Assembly: GCA_963620965.1 (NCBI GenBank)
Contig: CAVFCJ010000001.1
Coordinates: 1-44,084 of the forward strand
DNA length: 44,084 nucleotides
Origin: a bacterium
Lineage (GTDB): Bacteria > Bacillota > Clostridia > Christensenellales > CAG-917
Direction: 5' to 3'
Shown: positions 1 to 8,828 of the stretch, piece after piece
Layout: every line of letters starts with the position of its first letter
Numbering within the stretch: the first letter of the stretch is position 1
Position numbers and translations under genes: made by a program
The notes under the pieces: generated by a model
What the model was told of the DNA's origin: nothing
The model's database searches: none
What the model saw: only the letters and a program-made list of their open reading frames with translations

Positions 1-2042
1 ACACCGAAATGGGCAAAATCGCAAACGCCCTCACCCAAGCCAAAGAGGGCAAAACGCCCTTGCAACAGAAGTTGTCGCAACTGAGCAAAATCCTCACCTA
101 CCTTGTCATCGGCATCTGTGTGGTAATATTTGCAGTCAGCCTCATTCGCGCAGGCGTTGGCGGCACTCTCAAAGCGGACACGGCGACAACCATACTCAAC
201 ACGTTTATGATCGCGGTATCGTTGGCGGTTGCGGCGATTCCCGAAGGGCTTGCCACCGTCGTCACGATCGTGCTTTCGATAGGTGTGACGAATATGTCAA
301 AGCGCAACGCTATCATACGAAAACTCACCGCAGTGGAAACTCTCGGTTGCACTCAAATCATCTGCTCGGACAAGACGGGCACCCTCACCCAAAACAAAAT
401 GACCGTAGTGGACCACTACGGCAGTGACGAAAACCTGCTTGCAAACGCAATGTCGCTCTGCTCGGATGCCGAGTACGACGAGGAAAAAGGAGAAGCGACG
501 GGCGAGCCGACAGAGTGCGCGCTCGTAAATTACGCAAAATCCCTATCTTTTGACAAGAACGAGCAAAAGGAACTTTATCCGCGAGTGGGCGAAATACCTT
601 TCGACTCTATGCGCAAGATGATGACCACGATACACACAGATAATAACGGCGACGTGTTGCAATTCACCAAAGGTGCGCCCGACGAAATCGTAAAACGCTG
701 CGCCTTCTACCTCGAGGACGGAAAAGAAATGCCCATGACAGACGACATGCGCGAAGAAATTCTTTCCGCAAATAAGGAAATGGCAGACAGAGCGCTCCGT
801 GTGCTTGCGGTTGCGAAAAAGCGTCTTGACCAACAAAAGAGCGAATACACCACAGAACAAGACGAAAAAGATATGTGCTTTGTGGGGCTTGTCGGCATGA
901 TAGACCCGGTACGTCCCGAAGTCAAACCTGCAATCGACGAGTGTAGAAAAGCGGGTATCCGCCCCATTATGATAACGGGCGACCACAAAGATACGGCGGT
1001 TGCAATCGCAATGCAACTCGGCATAATCACCGACCCCTCCGAGGCAATCACCGGTGCGGAACTCGACAAGATAAGCGACGAAGATTTTGCAAACGACGTG
1101 GAGAAATATTCGGTATACGCGCGCGTTCAACCCGAACATAAGACGAGAATCGTCAACGCATGGCGCGCAAAGGGCTACATCACGGCAATGACAGGCGACG
1201 GCGTGAACGACGCACCGTCCATCAAAAACGCGGACATCGGCGTGGGCATGGGCATAACGGGTACGGACGTGACCAAGAACGTTGCGGATATGATTCTCAC
1301 CGACGACAACTTCGCAACAATCGTATCGGCGGTCGGCGAAGGCAGACGTATTTACGACAATATTCGCAAATCCATTCAATTTCTGCTCGCGTCCAACCTC
1401 TCGGAAGTGCTGTCTATCTTTATCGCAACGCTTGCGGATTTCACGATATTCAAGCCCGCACATTTGCTTTGGATAAACCTCATCACCGACTGCTTCCCCG
1501 CCCTCTCGCTCGGCATGGAAGCGCCCGAGCGCGATATTATGAATCGTCCGCCGAGAAACAGCAAGGACGGCATCTTCGCAAGCGGTATGGGCGGCGCAAT
1601 CGGCTATCAAGGCGTGCTTATCACCCTCATCACTATAGCATCCTATTTTATCGGCGCAGAAGTGCTTGCAAAAATGCATCATGCCGAAGCAATCGAAAGC
1701 GGCGCATACAGCGCGAAAACGCTCGGCTCGTCTATGGCGTTTTTGACCCTCTCTATGGCGGAAATCTTCCATGCGTTCAATATGCGTTCCTTGCACGGCT
1801 CCATTTTCAAAATCAAGAAACAAAACTGGTGGCTGTGGGGCGCAGGCGTGCTTTCGCTGCTCCTTACCACTCTCGTCGTAGAAGTGCCGTTCCTTGCACA
1901 AGCGTTTGAACTTGCAGAACTCGACGGCGAAGAGTACGGCATCGCAATCGCGCTTGCAATCTCGATCATTCCTATGGTTGAAATCGTAAAAGCAATCGCA
2001 AGAGCGGTGCGCAAAAAGAAAGGCATTGTCCTTTCTGCATAA
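1..2042 (+). CDS. P-type cation-transporting ATPase, P2A (Ca2+-ATPase-like); 5' end cut by the window edge
   Basis: ORF 9..2042, with the frame open back to base 3 (TEMGKIA...). Contains the DKTGTLT phosphorylation motif, KGAPDEI, MITGDHKDTA, the TGDGVNDAPS hinge motif and C-terminal TM helices. Confidence 0.93.
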   Translation, partial: TEMGKIANALTQAKEGKTPLQQKLSQLSKILTYLVIGICVVIFAVSLIRAGVGGTLKADTATTILNTFMIAVSLAVAAIPEGLATVVTIVLSIGVTNMSKRNAIIRKLTAVETLGCTQIICSDKTGTLTQNKMTVVDHYGSDENLLANAMSLCSDAEYDEEKGEATGEPTECALVNYAKSLSFDKNEQKELYPRVGEIPFDSMRKMMTTIHTDNNGDVLQFTKGAPDEIVKRCAFYLEDGKEMPMTDDMREEILSANKEMADRALRVLAVAKKRLDQQKSEYTTEQDEKDMCFVGLVGMIDPVRPEVKPAIDECRKAGIRPIMITGDHKDTAVAIAMQLGIITDPSEAITGAELDKISDEDFANDVEKYSVYARVQPEHKTRIVNAWRAKGYITAMTGDGVNDAPSIKNADIGVGMGITGTDVTKNVADMILTDDNFATIVSAVGEGRRIYDNIRKSIQFLLASNLSEVLSIFIATLADFTIFKPAHLLWINLITDCFPALSLGMEAPERDIMNRPPRNSKDGIFASGMGGAIGYQGVLITLITIASYFIGAEVLAKMHHAEAIESGAYSAKTLGSSMAFLTLSMAEIFHAFNMRSLHGSIFKIKKQNWWLWGAGVLSLLLTTLVVEVPFLAQAFELAELDGEEYGIAIALAISIIPMVEIVKAIARAVRKKKGIVLSA

Positions 2043-2066
2043 CACGAAAAAAATAACGATAAAAAC

Positions 2067-2097
2067 AAAACCCCGAAAGATTTGCTTTCGGGGTTTT
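2067..2097. terminator. Bidirectional intrinsic terminator between the convergent ATPase and esterase genes
   Basis: Perfect 13-bp stem aaaaccccgaaag / ctttcggggtttt with loop atttg. A-run upstream and T-run downstream. Lies between the stop codons at 2042 and 2116. Confidence 0.8.
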
Positions 2098-2115
2098 GTT
2101 TTATGGATGTTGCAA

Positions 2116-3354
2116 TCAATAAAATTCTTTCGACGTGTTCAGTTTCCATTCGTCATAGCCTTGCGGATTGGGCGACTGCGTTTTGACAAATTCGCAATAT
2201 CTCTTGCGAATCTCGTCTGCAAGTTTGTAATCCTCCTCTCCGAATTTGCGCCACGGATGCTGATTCAAGCCGAATATATACCACAAATCCGCACTGTGCC
2301 ACGCGCCCTTGTCGTCACCGGGCAGCGGATGATAGAAATGCGACAGCCAAACCTTGCCTTTGCCTTTTTTCATCATTGTTTTCGCAATGCGTTCGAGATA
2401 CGGCGCGAGCAAGTCGTTTTTGGTAACGCCGAGAATACACGGAATTTGCTCGTCTTTGTATGCGTTTTTATAGAGGTCTTTTCTCACGATCTCGCCGTCG
2501 AAAACGGGCATCGTGGACAGCATAGACAATGCAAGATTCTTCTTGTTTTGTCTGTACCAAGCAAGGTAGAGGTCTTGCGAGTTGCAAGTTTTGGGGTCGA
2601 GACCTCTCTTTTGCAAATCCTTGCGCACTCTTGCAAAGAAGCGTTTTGCACGTTTAAGCGACTTGGGTGCAAATATACCGCGCACGCTTGCGCCGCCCGA
2701 AAGCATAATCGCGCCTTTGACCATCTCTTTTACCTTTGGCAACAGCACGAGGTTTTGCAAAGAAATCGCGCCCGCGCTCTGCCCCATAAGCGTTATACTC
2801 GACGGGTCGCCGCCGAAAACGGATATATTCTCTTTCACCCACTCGATTGCGCAAATCATATCGTAAAACGCGAGATTTTGCGCACCCTCGTCGGCATTGT
2901 ATCCGAACACGTTGAGCCGATAATTCGCGCAAACGCAAACCACGCCCTCTTTTGCTATTTCCGTTCCGTCAAAAGGACGCTCGTCGCTCGAACATATCAC
3001 GAACGCGCCTCCGTGAATATACAGCAAAACGGGCAGATTTTGCGCGTTTTTCGGCGCATAAATATTGAGATTCAAACAGTCTTCCGAGTGATGAAAAGTC
3101 AAACCTTGCCTAAACTCTTTATAGTAGAAAATATCCTGTTTGGATTTCGACTTGCTTTCGTCGAAAAACTGTCTGAATTGAGGACATCCGTCCCCTCTGC
3201 GCATAGCGTCGACTTCTTTTCCGAGCGGTTGCAAAAGCGGTTTTCGGAATCTTTCGCCCTTTGCGAATCTGATACCCAAAAACGCCGCCGTATCGCCCCT
3301 GTCGATGCCTCTTATAACATGATTTTGATTGTTGATAACGTATTCCATTTCCAA
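2116..3354 (-). CDS. Carboxylesterase, type-B family (alpha/beta hydrolase)
   Basis: 412-aa ORF with an HGGAF oxyanion-hole motif (YIHGGAFV) and a GQSAG nucleophile elbow (LMGQSAGAIS). The codon at 3354 is TTG, so the ATG at 3348 (MEYVINN) is an alternative start. Confidence 0.8.
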   Translation of the reverse strand: MEMEYVINNQNHVIRGIDRGDTAAFLGIRFAKGERFRKPLLQPLGKEVDAMRRGDGCPQFRQFFDESKSKSKQDIFYYKEFRQGLTFHHSEDCLNLNIYAPKNAQNLPVLLYIHGGAFVICSSDERPFDGTEIAKEGVVCVCANYRLNVFGYNADEGAQNLAFYDMICAIEWVKENISVFGGDPSSITLMGQSAGAISLQNLVLLPKVKEMVKGAIMLSGGASVRGIFAPKSLKRAKRFFARVRKDLQKRGLDPKTCNSQDLYLAWYRQNKKNLALSMLSTMPVFDGEIVRKDLYKNAYKDEQIPCILGVTKNDLLAPYLERIAKTMMKKGKGKVWLSHFYHPLPGDDKGAWHSADLWYIFGLNQHPWRKFGEEDYKLADEIRKRYCEFVKTQSPNPQGYDEWKLNTSKEFY

Positions 3355-3399
3355 ATTTATTTTATTTTCAAATGCGTTTGCCTACTACTTTAAATAAAA

Positions 3400-3805
3400 C
3401 TTCCCCCTTCCTCACGTGTTTGGTTCTTCCCCTACAAAGGTGTAGCGACGTGTACCCTAAAAAACACATCACCCCTTCCCTTCGGGCTTTCCCCTATTGC
3501 TCAAACTAACGCCAATTCTCTGCAAGTTTGCACATCGTTCGCAAGAGGGGAAGTCGGCACTCACATAGATAGGTATCGTTCTCTCATTATGCCACTGCGC
3601 TTTGTGCGCCAGGCAGTGGCCAACAGACGGCGCAGTCGCTTGTACTGTTCGTCAAGTTCGGCGCTCATAGGCTCGCCGCCGTTGCGGCTCGTGTTCCGTC
3701 TGCGAATTGGCATATTCCGCTTATGAGTAGACTACGAATAAGTTTTCATTTAACCGCTTGCGCACGAAGTGCGCTCTACCAAGCAGATAATCTTGCGAAA
3801 CTGCG
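3400..3805 (-). ncRNA. Candidate large structured ncRNA, copy 1 (family not identified)
   Basis: No ORF of 60 aa or more on either strand across 3394..4002. Hairpins: 3591-3598/3613-3620 (8 bp) and a gcgcac-ttcg-tgcgc hairpin near 3755-3772. Long-range helix cagacgg/ccgtctg (3624-3630 with 3696-3702). Blocks 3682..3708 and 3714..3742 recur in reverse complement at 44058..44084 and 43927..43955. The ends are approximate. Confidence 0.4.
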
Positions 3806-3810
3806 GCTTG

Positions 3811-3839
3811 ATTATTTATCCGTCTTGTTTTGATAGCAA
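3811..3839 (-). promoter_or_regulatory. Putative promoter for ncRNA copy 1
   Basis: Minus strand reads TTGCTA-N17-AATAAT. The same -10 hexamer and spacing occur upstream of copy 2. Tentative. Confidence 0.25.
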
Positions 3840-4002
3840 AGATTCTCTGCGCGGTTAGCGAAATGGTAAACACGCTTTAAAAAACGCGATATTTGAGCGT
3901 CAGACAAGAAAGCGTCCCTCGAACGGCAATCCTAATGTACAAATAGTACATGAATTGACGGTCGAGGTGCGCTGACGATGTATCACGCCAAATAGCGCGT
4001 TT

Positions 4003-5112
4003 TTACCATTTGTTCTCACAGTACTCGCAAAAAGCATACATATCCCTCACCTCGACTTTCGTGCCGTCATCGAGGATTGCCGTTCCGTTCCAGATGCCAT
4101 GGACTTGATGGCAATGCATGCGAAGAAGATTGAGGACGTTGAGGTCGCCGTGATGGTCGTAGAACGGAGTCATCGTGAAATCGAAACGACCGTCTTGCGA
4201 AACAAAGTGCCACGGCTCGGAGAATTTGTCGGGTTTGGGGAAAACTTCGACGTCGACGGGTCCGAATTTGTGCGCTTTGCCGTCCCAGAAGATTGCGGTT
4301 TCGGTGGCGTTTGACTCGTCGCCGATGCCCCACGTGATTTCAAAGCCGAACATATGGTCTTTTCCGTCGGGTCCTTGAACGACTTTCGAGCCGTTGCCCC
4401 AGTACCAAACCATTTTGTAGGGGGTGTTGACTCTGCCCCAGTCGAGGAAGGCAAACGTGTCCTTTTTGTCGAATTTCCAAACCTTTTCGCCCCAACGGAA
4501 AGTGCCTTCGCAGGGCATACAGTTTTGTTTGGTGGTCATAAAGTATCTTGTAGGATTGTCTTTGAACGGAAGCACGGTTGTGATGTTTTCAAGTCCGTCC
4601 ATAATGTCCATAGTGAAGTTTGCCTCGACCTCTTTACCCTTGAACTTACCCTTGAAATACATCGTTCTGACGTTGGTTTCGGTGACGACTTTCATATGCG
4701 TTTTGCCGACGGTGTGGTCGAGAACGTTCGGTTCGTCGCCCTTCGGCGGAAGCATATATTTTTTGCCGCCCAAGAACAGCGCGGTACATTCGAGAATCGT
4801 GCCCGAATGGATTTTGCTATTCTTATGCGCGTGGTGAAGGTCGGTTATGGACGCTTGTGCGTATCCGCCGATAGAGATGTTTGCAAAACTGATTTGCACC
4901 ATAAATTCGCCGTTCGAGATTTGATAGAAATCCCATTCTTTTTTACGGTTTGCGGGTTTCGCTTTTTCGCGGTCGTATTCGAACACGTTGTGTCTTGCCC
5001 AACCGGGTGCGAGCAATTTACCGTCGTCGCCGAGCAGCTTTGTAGGCTTCGTATACTCGGTTTGCTTGCTGTTGAGTTGACCCTCTAACCAACTCGGATA
5101 AGTTCTTTTCAT
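4003..5112 (-). CDS. DUF2804-family protein (function unknown)
   Basis: 369-aa ORF with a GGAGG RBS (plus strand cctcc at 5119-5123). The N-terminal pattern ...GKLLAPGWARH...KEWDFYQI... matches my recollection of DUF2804 proteins. Assignment is from memory of the family. Confidence 0.6.
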   Translation of the reverse strand: MKRTYPSWLEGQLNSKQTEYTKPTKLLGDDGKLLAPGWARHNVFEYDREKAKPANRKKEWDFYQISNGEFMVQISFANISIGGYAQASITDLHHAHKNSKIHSGTILECTALFLGGKKYMLPPKGDEPNVLDHTVGKTHMKVVTETNVRTMYFKGKFKGKEVEANFTMDIMDGLENITTVLPFKDNPTRYFMTTKQNCMPCEGTFRWGEKVWKFDKKDTFAFLDWGRVNTPYKMVWYWGNGSKVVQGPDGKDHMFGFEITWGIGDESNATETAIFWDGKAHKFGPVDVEVFPKPDKFSEPWHFVSQDGRFDFTMTPFYDHHGDLNVLNLLRMHCHQVHGIWNGTAILDDGTKVEVRDMYAFCEYCENKW

Positions 5113-5444
5113 AATTTCCTCCGTCCTATCAAAATTTTATATCGATAAGATATAAAAGATTATACGAAAAGTATAAAACAAAAATGCCGTCATTTCAAGA
5201 GCGATTTTTTACAAAAGTACGATAACTTCGACCTTGCGGCAAAACACCGAACAAGTGCGGAAACGTATTTCGTTCGATTTAAAAATAGATATCCGAATGC
5301 CGCAGCGAAAGCGCATATCGAAAGCCCGTATAAATCGCCGTAAAAAAACGATGAAAAATCACATTGAAAACTCTCATTGAAAAGTCTATGAAAAACTAGA
5401 AAATCGTGTTATTATTTTTGTGTCAACAACGATTCGAGGCAGAT

Positions 5445-6110
5445 ATGGAAATAAAACCGATTGCAATCATTCATACGCCGTTCAAGGAAAAGTTCGGAAT
5501 ACCGCGCCAAAGCGGCAAAGTCGCGACCAAAAGCACCGTCGTGTTTGAAAAGGAATATCGCAACCCCGACGCTTTGAGAGGAATCGAGGGCTTTTCGCAC
5601 TTGTGGCTGATATTCGATTTTTCAAAAGCGCATCGCGACGAGTTTTGCGCGACGGTACGTCCGCCCCGTCTTGGAGGCAACACGAAAATGGGCGTTTTCG
5701 CCACACGCTCGCCCTTCCGCCCCAACTCGCTGGGATTGAGTTTGGTCAAACTCGTAGGCGTGGAGGACACCGAGCAAGGCAAAGCGTTGATTGTGGAAGG
5801 CGCAGACATTTTGGACGGAACGCCGATTTACGACGTAAAACCGTATCTCAAAACCGATTGCGTACCGAGCGCGGTTTGCGGATTCGCAGAGGACATAACC
5901 CACCTTTTGGAAGTGGAAAACGTTGAGGTTTTGGGTGATTTGAAAGAGGATATAAAGCAAGAAATCGTGTCTTGCATAGCGCAAGACCCTCGCCCGTCCT
6001 ATCAAGACGACGACAGAATTTACGGTATGAAATTCGATTGCTACAACGTTAGATTCACCGTTAAAGACGGCGTTGCGACTATCCTCGATTATCAAAAGTC
6101 GGAAGATTAA
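5445..6110 (+). CDS. trmO: tRNA (t6A37-N6)-methyltransferase TrmO (YaeB family)
   Basis: Motifs IAIIHTPF..FGIPRQSG, GFSHLWLIFDF, RPPRLGGN..GVFATRSPFRPN and DGTPIYDVKPY. The ATG at 5445 has GAGG 7 nt upstream, whereas the track ORF starts at a GTG at 5406. Confidence 0.88.
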   Translation: MEIKPIAIIHTPFKEKFGIPRQSGKVATKSTVVFEKEYRNPDALRGIEGFSHLWLIFDFSKAHRDEFCATVRPPRLGGNTKMGVFATRSPFRPNSLGLSLVKLVGVEDTEQGKALIVEGADILDGTPIYDVKPYLKTDCVPSAVCGFAEDITHLLEVENVEVLGDLKEDIKQEIVSCIAQDPRPSYQDDDRIYGMKFDCYNVRFTVKDGVATILDYQKSED

Positions 6111-6149
6111 ATTTGACAACAAATATTCAAAACAAGCGTTTTAACAAGC

Positions 6150-6178
6150 AAAAACACGCATTTTAAGTGCGTGTTTTG
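6150..6178. terminator. Bidirectional intrinsic terminator (trmO / eamA convergent)
   Basis: Stem acacgca (6154-6160) / tgcgtgt (6168-6174), flanked by an A-run and a T-run. Confidence 0.7.
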
Positions 6179-6212
6179 TGTTTTACATATTTTTTATCGC
6201 AAACTAATCCTG

Positions 6213-7145
6213 TCAATCTATAAAGAACTTGCTGTGATTTGCTTTGAGCATAGTGTGCGGCACGCTCAGTTGCGCAAGGAACACCGAAAGCAACACTATT
6301 ATGCAACCTACAAACTCTTTTGCCGAATAACTCTCGTGCAAAAACGCAACGCCGCCGATAAACGCTATGACGGATTCGAGAGACATAATGAGCGTTGCAA
6401 GTTCGGGCGGCGCGTACTTCTGCCCTAAGGTTTGGAAAGTGAATCCCACGCCTGCCGACATTATGCCGACGTAGAGAACAGGGATTATGTTTTGTGCCAC
6501 CGCACTCGCCGCCGGAAAGCCCTCGATTGCCATTGCGGGCAAACTCAAAAGACTTGCCACGACAAACTGCACGAAGGTGAGTTTAATCGGGTCGCACTCG
6601 TCGACGTACACGTCTATGAACATAATTTGAAGGGAAAACATAATCGCGCAAAGCAACAACATTGCGTCCGCATAGGTGAGTCCGCTGTCGCCGTTTATGC
6701 ACATAATGTAAAATCCGAGCACCGCAAACACGATTGCGAATTTTCCGTTTGTGGGAATACGCCTTCTCAAAAGCACGCTCAAAAGCGGCACGATGACAAT
6801 GTACAGCGCGGTGATAAAGCCCGTCTTGCCGACGGTGGTATGCGCAATGCCGTACTGTTGCAGATTGTTTGCCACAAACAAACACAATCCGCATAGTGCT
6901 CCGCCTATCAAAGTGGATTTGTTCCACCCAGTGCGACTTGCGCCCTTCTTTTTGTCAACGAGCATATTTATCAAAATAAATATGCCTATAACACCGACTG
7001 CAAGCGAAAACCTTAATCCGTTGAACGTGAAAGTAGGCACACCGGAAGCGGCGGATTGCTGTGCCAAGAAGGCAAAGCCCCAAATCAGCGCGCACAATGA
7101 GCAGAACAGTATTCCCGTTAAGTTGTGAGATTTATGCTTGACCAT
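6213..7145 (-). CDS. EamA/DMT-superfamily transporter
   Basis: 310-aa polytopic membrane protein with about 10 hydrophobic helices in two EamA-like halves. Starts 5 nt downstream of the rsmA stop, so probably in the same operon. Confidence 0.8.
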   Translation of the reverse strand: MVKHKSHNLTGILFCSLCALIWGFAFLAQQSAASGVPTFTFNGLRFSLAVGVIGIFILINMLVDKKKGASRTGWNKSTLIGGALCGLCLFVANNLQQYGIAHTTVGKTGFITALYIVIVPLLSVLLRRRIPTNGKFAIVFAVLGFYIMCINGDSGLTYADAMLLLCAIMFSLQIMFIDVYVDECDPIKLTFVQFVVASLLSLPAMAIEGFPAASAVAQNIIPVLYVGIMSAGVGFTFQTLGQKYAPPELATLIMSLESVIAFIGGVAFLHESYSAKEFVGCIIVLLSVFLAQLSVPHTMLKANHSKFFID

Positions 7146-7150
7146 ACTTC

Positions 7151-7993
7151 TTATTTTATGTGCTTTTCAAGCGTTTTTGACAAATTTTTGTAGTCCTCGA
7201 GCGACAACGCTTCCCCTCTTACGAGCGGCGGAAATCCCGCCTCCTCGACGATTTGAGTCGCCTCTTGCTTTTCAAGCGAGAACGCAACCGAAAGATTGTT
7301 TGCAAGCGTTTTCCTTCTCATAGCGAAAGACGAGCGCGCAAGTTTGTGCAGAAGCCCCTTATTTTCGCCGTCGAGTTTGTGACGGTTGATGTCTATGCGC
7401 ACTACTGCGCTGTCGACATTCGGCACAGGATAAAACATATTTCTCGACACGTTTCTAGCTATCTGCGCGTCGCCCGCCATCTCGATTGCGAGCGTAATTG
7501 CAGAATAGTCTGGCGTGTTCGGCTTTGCGACGAAGCGAAGCGCAACTTCCTTTTGCACCATAATGGTTATGGATTGAACGTCGAGCGTGCTTTCGATAAA
7601 GCGCATAGCAAGCGGTGTGGTGATATAATACGGCAAATTCGCAACCACTTTGAATTTACTTCCCACGATTGCGGCGAGTTCGTCGTCCTTCATTTTGAGG
7701 ACGTCGCGGAACACGACTTCGGCATTTTCGACGCCTTGAAGCGAGAGCGCAAGCACCGGCTCTAAATTGCGGTCCACCTCGAACGAGTACACCTTTTTTG
7801 CGACTTTGGCAATTGCGCGAGTGAGCGTACCCGCACCCGTGCCTATTTCGACGACGACGTCGTCGCCCGTTATTCCGCCGTTAGCAACGATTGCGTCAAG
7901 AAGGTTTGAGTCGGTGATGAAGTTTTGACCCAGAGCCTTGTTGAAGCGGAAGTTTACGCCGCGTATTATGTCTTTTATGCCGTTATTTTCCAT
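7151..7993 (-). CDS. rsmA: 16S rRNA (adenine1518/1519-N6)-dimethyltransferase RsmA/KsgA
   Basis: Motifs KALGQNFITD and VVEIGTGAGTLT (SAM binding) and NLPYYITTP. 280 aa. Confidence 0.95.
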   Translation of the reverse strand: MENNGIKDIIRGVNFRFNKALGQNFITDSNLLDAIVANGGITGDDVVVEIGTGAGTLTRAIAKVAKKVYSFEVDRNLEPVLALSLQGVENAEVVFRDVLKMKDDELAAIVGSKFKVVANLPYYITTPLAMRFIESTLDVQSITIMVQKEVALRFVAKPNTPDYSAITLAIEMAGDAQIARNVSRNMFYPVPNVDSAVVRIDINRHKLDGENKGLLHKLARSSFAMRRKTLANNLSVAFSLEKQEATQIVEEAGFPPLVRGEALSLEDYKNLSKTLEKHIK

Positions 7994-8103
7994 TTATTTC
8001 CTTTCAAAAGCGTGTATGTGCCGAGATGTTTGTCACATACTACTATCGTACCGAAGATAAAACGTCAAATCACATCGGACGAACTATCGAAGTACAAAAG
8101 ATA

Positions 8104-8137
8104 AAAAACAGTGGTCACGAGTTGCCTGCTGTTTTTT
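8104..8137 (-). terminator. Weak A/U-rich hairpin downstream of the radical SAM gene
   Basis: Minus strand reads aaaaaacag-N17-ctgtttttt directly after the stop at 8139. The stem is mostly A-U, so the call is uncertain. Confidence 0.4.
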
Positions 8138-8138
8138 C

Positions 8139-8756
8139 TTAATACTCTGTGTCTTCTCTTATCGTTTCGCGCACCTTGTAATGCGCGCCGACGCTCTTTG
8201 CGAGTTCGCCGCAAGCCTTGACTTCGTCCTCGCCGATAAAATCGACCACCGACATGGTGGTGTCTATGCCCGCTTCGACGCAGTCTTTGGTGAATTTGAG
8301 CATAGCGTCAAACGCCGCCTCACCGTACTTGCTTCTACAAATTTCCTGATACACTTCGGGCGTTGAAGCGTTGAGAGACACGGACACGCTGTCAATGTAG
8401 GGCGCAATGAGTTTTGCAACGTCGTCACGCTTGTTGATGAGATTGCCAAGTCCGTTCGTGTTGATACGGATTTTGCAACCTTTCTTTTTGAGGTAGGGCG
8501 CGATTTGCGAAATCATAGACAGATTGCACATCGGCTCGCCGAATCCGCAGAAAACAATCTCTTTGTACTTTGACAAATCACACATGGAGATGTCGTCCAC
8601 AAGTTCCTCGAACGTGGGTTCTTTCAGAAGCCAAAGATCGCTTCCGCTCACGCCGTTCTTGATGTTGCGAATGCAAAATTCGCAGTTGTTCGGACAACGG
8701 TTGGTGATGTTGAGATACAAACTGTCGCCGAATTCATAAACGTAATTGTTTGTCAT
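8139..8756 (-). CDS. Radical SAM protein, TatD-associated family
   Basis: CxxxCxxC cluster motif (NRCPNNCEFC) near the N-terminus. 205 aa, lying immediately downstream of tatD, which is the context the TatD-associated radical SAM family is named for. Confidence 0.8.
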   Translation of the reverse strand: MTNNYVYEFGDSLYLNITNRCPNNCEFCIRNIKNGVSGSDLWLLKEPTFEELVDDISMCDLSKYKEIVFCGFGEPMCNLSMISQIAPYLKKKGCKIRINTNGLGNLINKRDDVAKLIAPYIDSVSVSLNASTPEVYQEICRSKYGEAAFDAMLKFTKDCVEAGIDTTMSVVDFIGEDEVKACGELAKSVGAHYKVRETIREDTEY

Positions 8757-8828
8757 TATATACTCTCTAAATTCTGTTTTTTATCGTTATCGATTTTGAG
8801 ATTTTGTCAAAATCAAGGTTTTACATGT

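Noticed and set aside
543-3393. ORFs 543..2045 (-, 500 aa) and 2026..3393 (+, 455 aa), opposite the ATPase and carboxylesterase genes.
   Set aside because: These are the same codon-aligned antisense artefact. The opposite strands carry unambiguous P-type ATPase and GxSxG esterase motifs.
3590-3705. Possible cobalamin riboswitch, because of GCCACTG and CCGCAACGG strings.
   Set aside because: The GCCACTG is simply one arm of a palindromic hairpin and so is present on both strands. The GGGAA...GGTG.AA.TCC core and the B12-box context are absent, and the element occurs in two copies unrelated to B12 genes.
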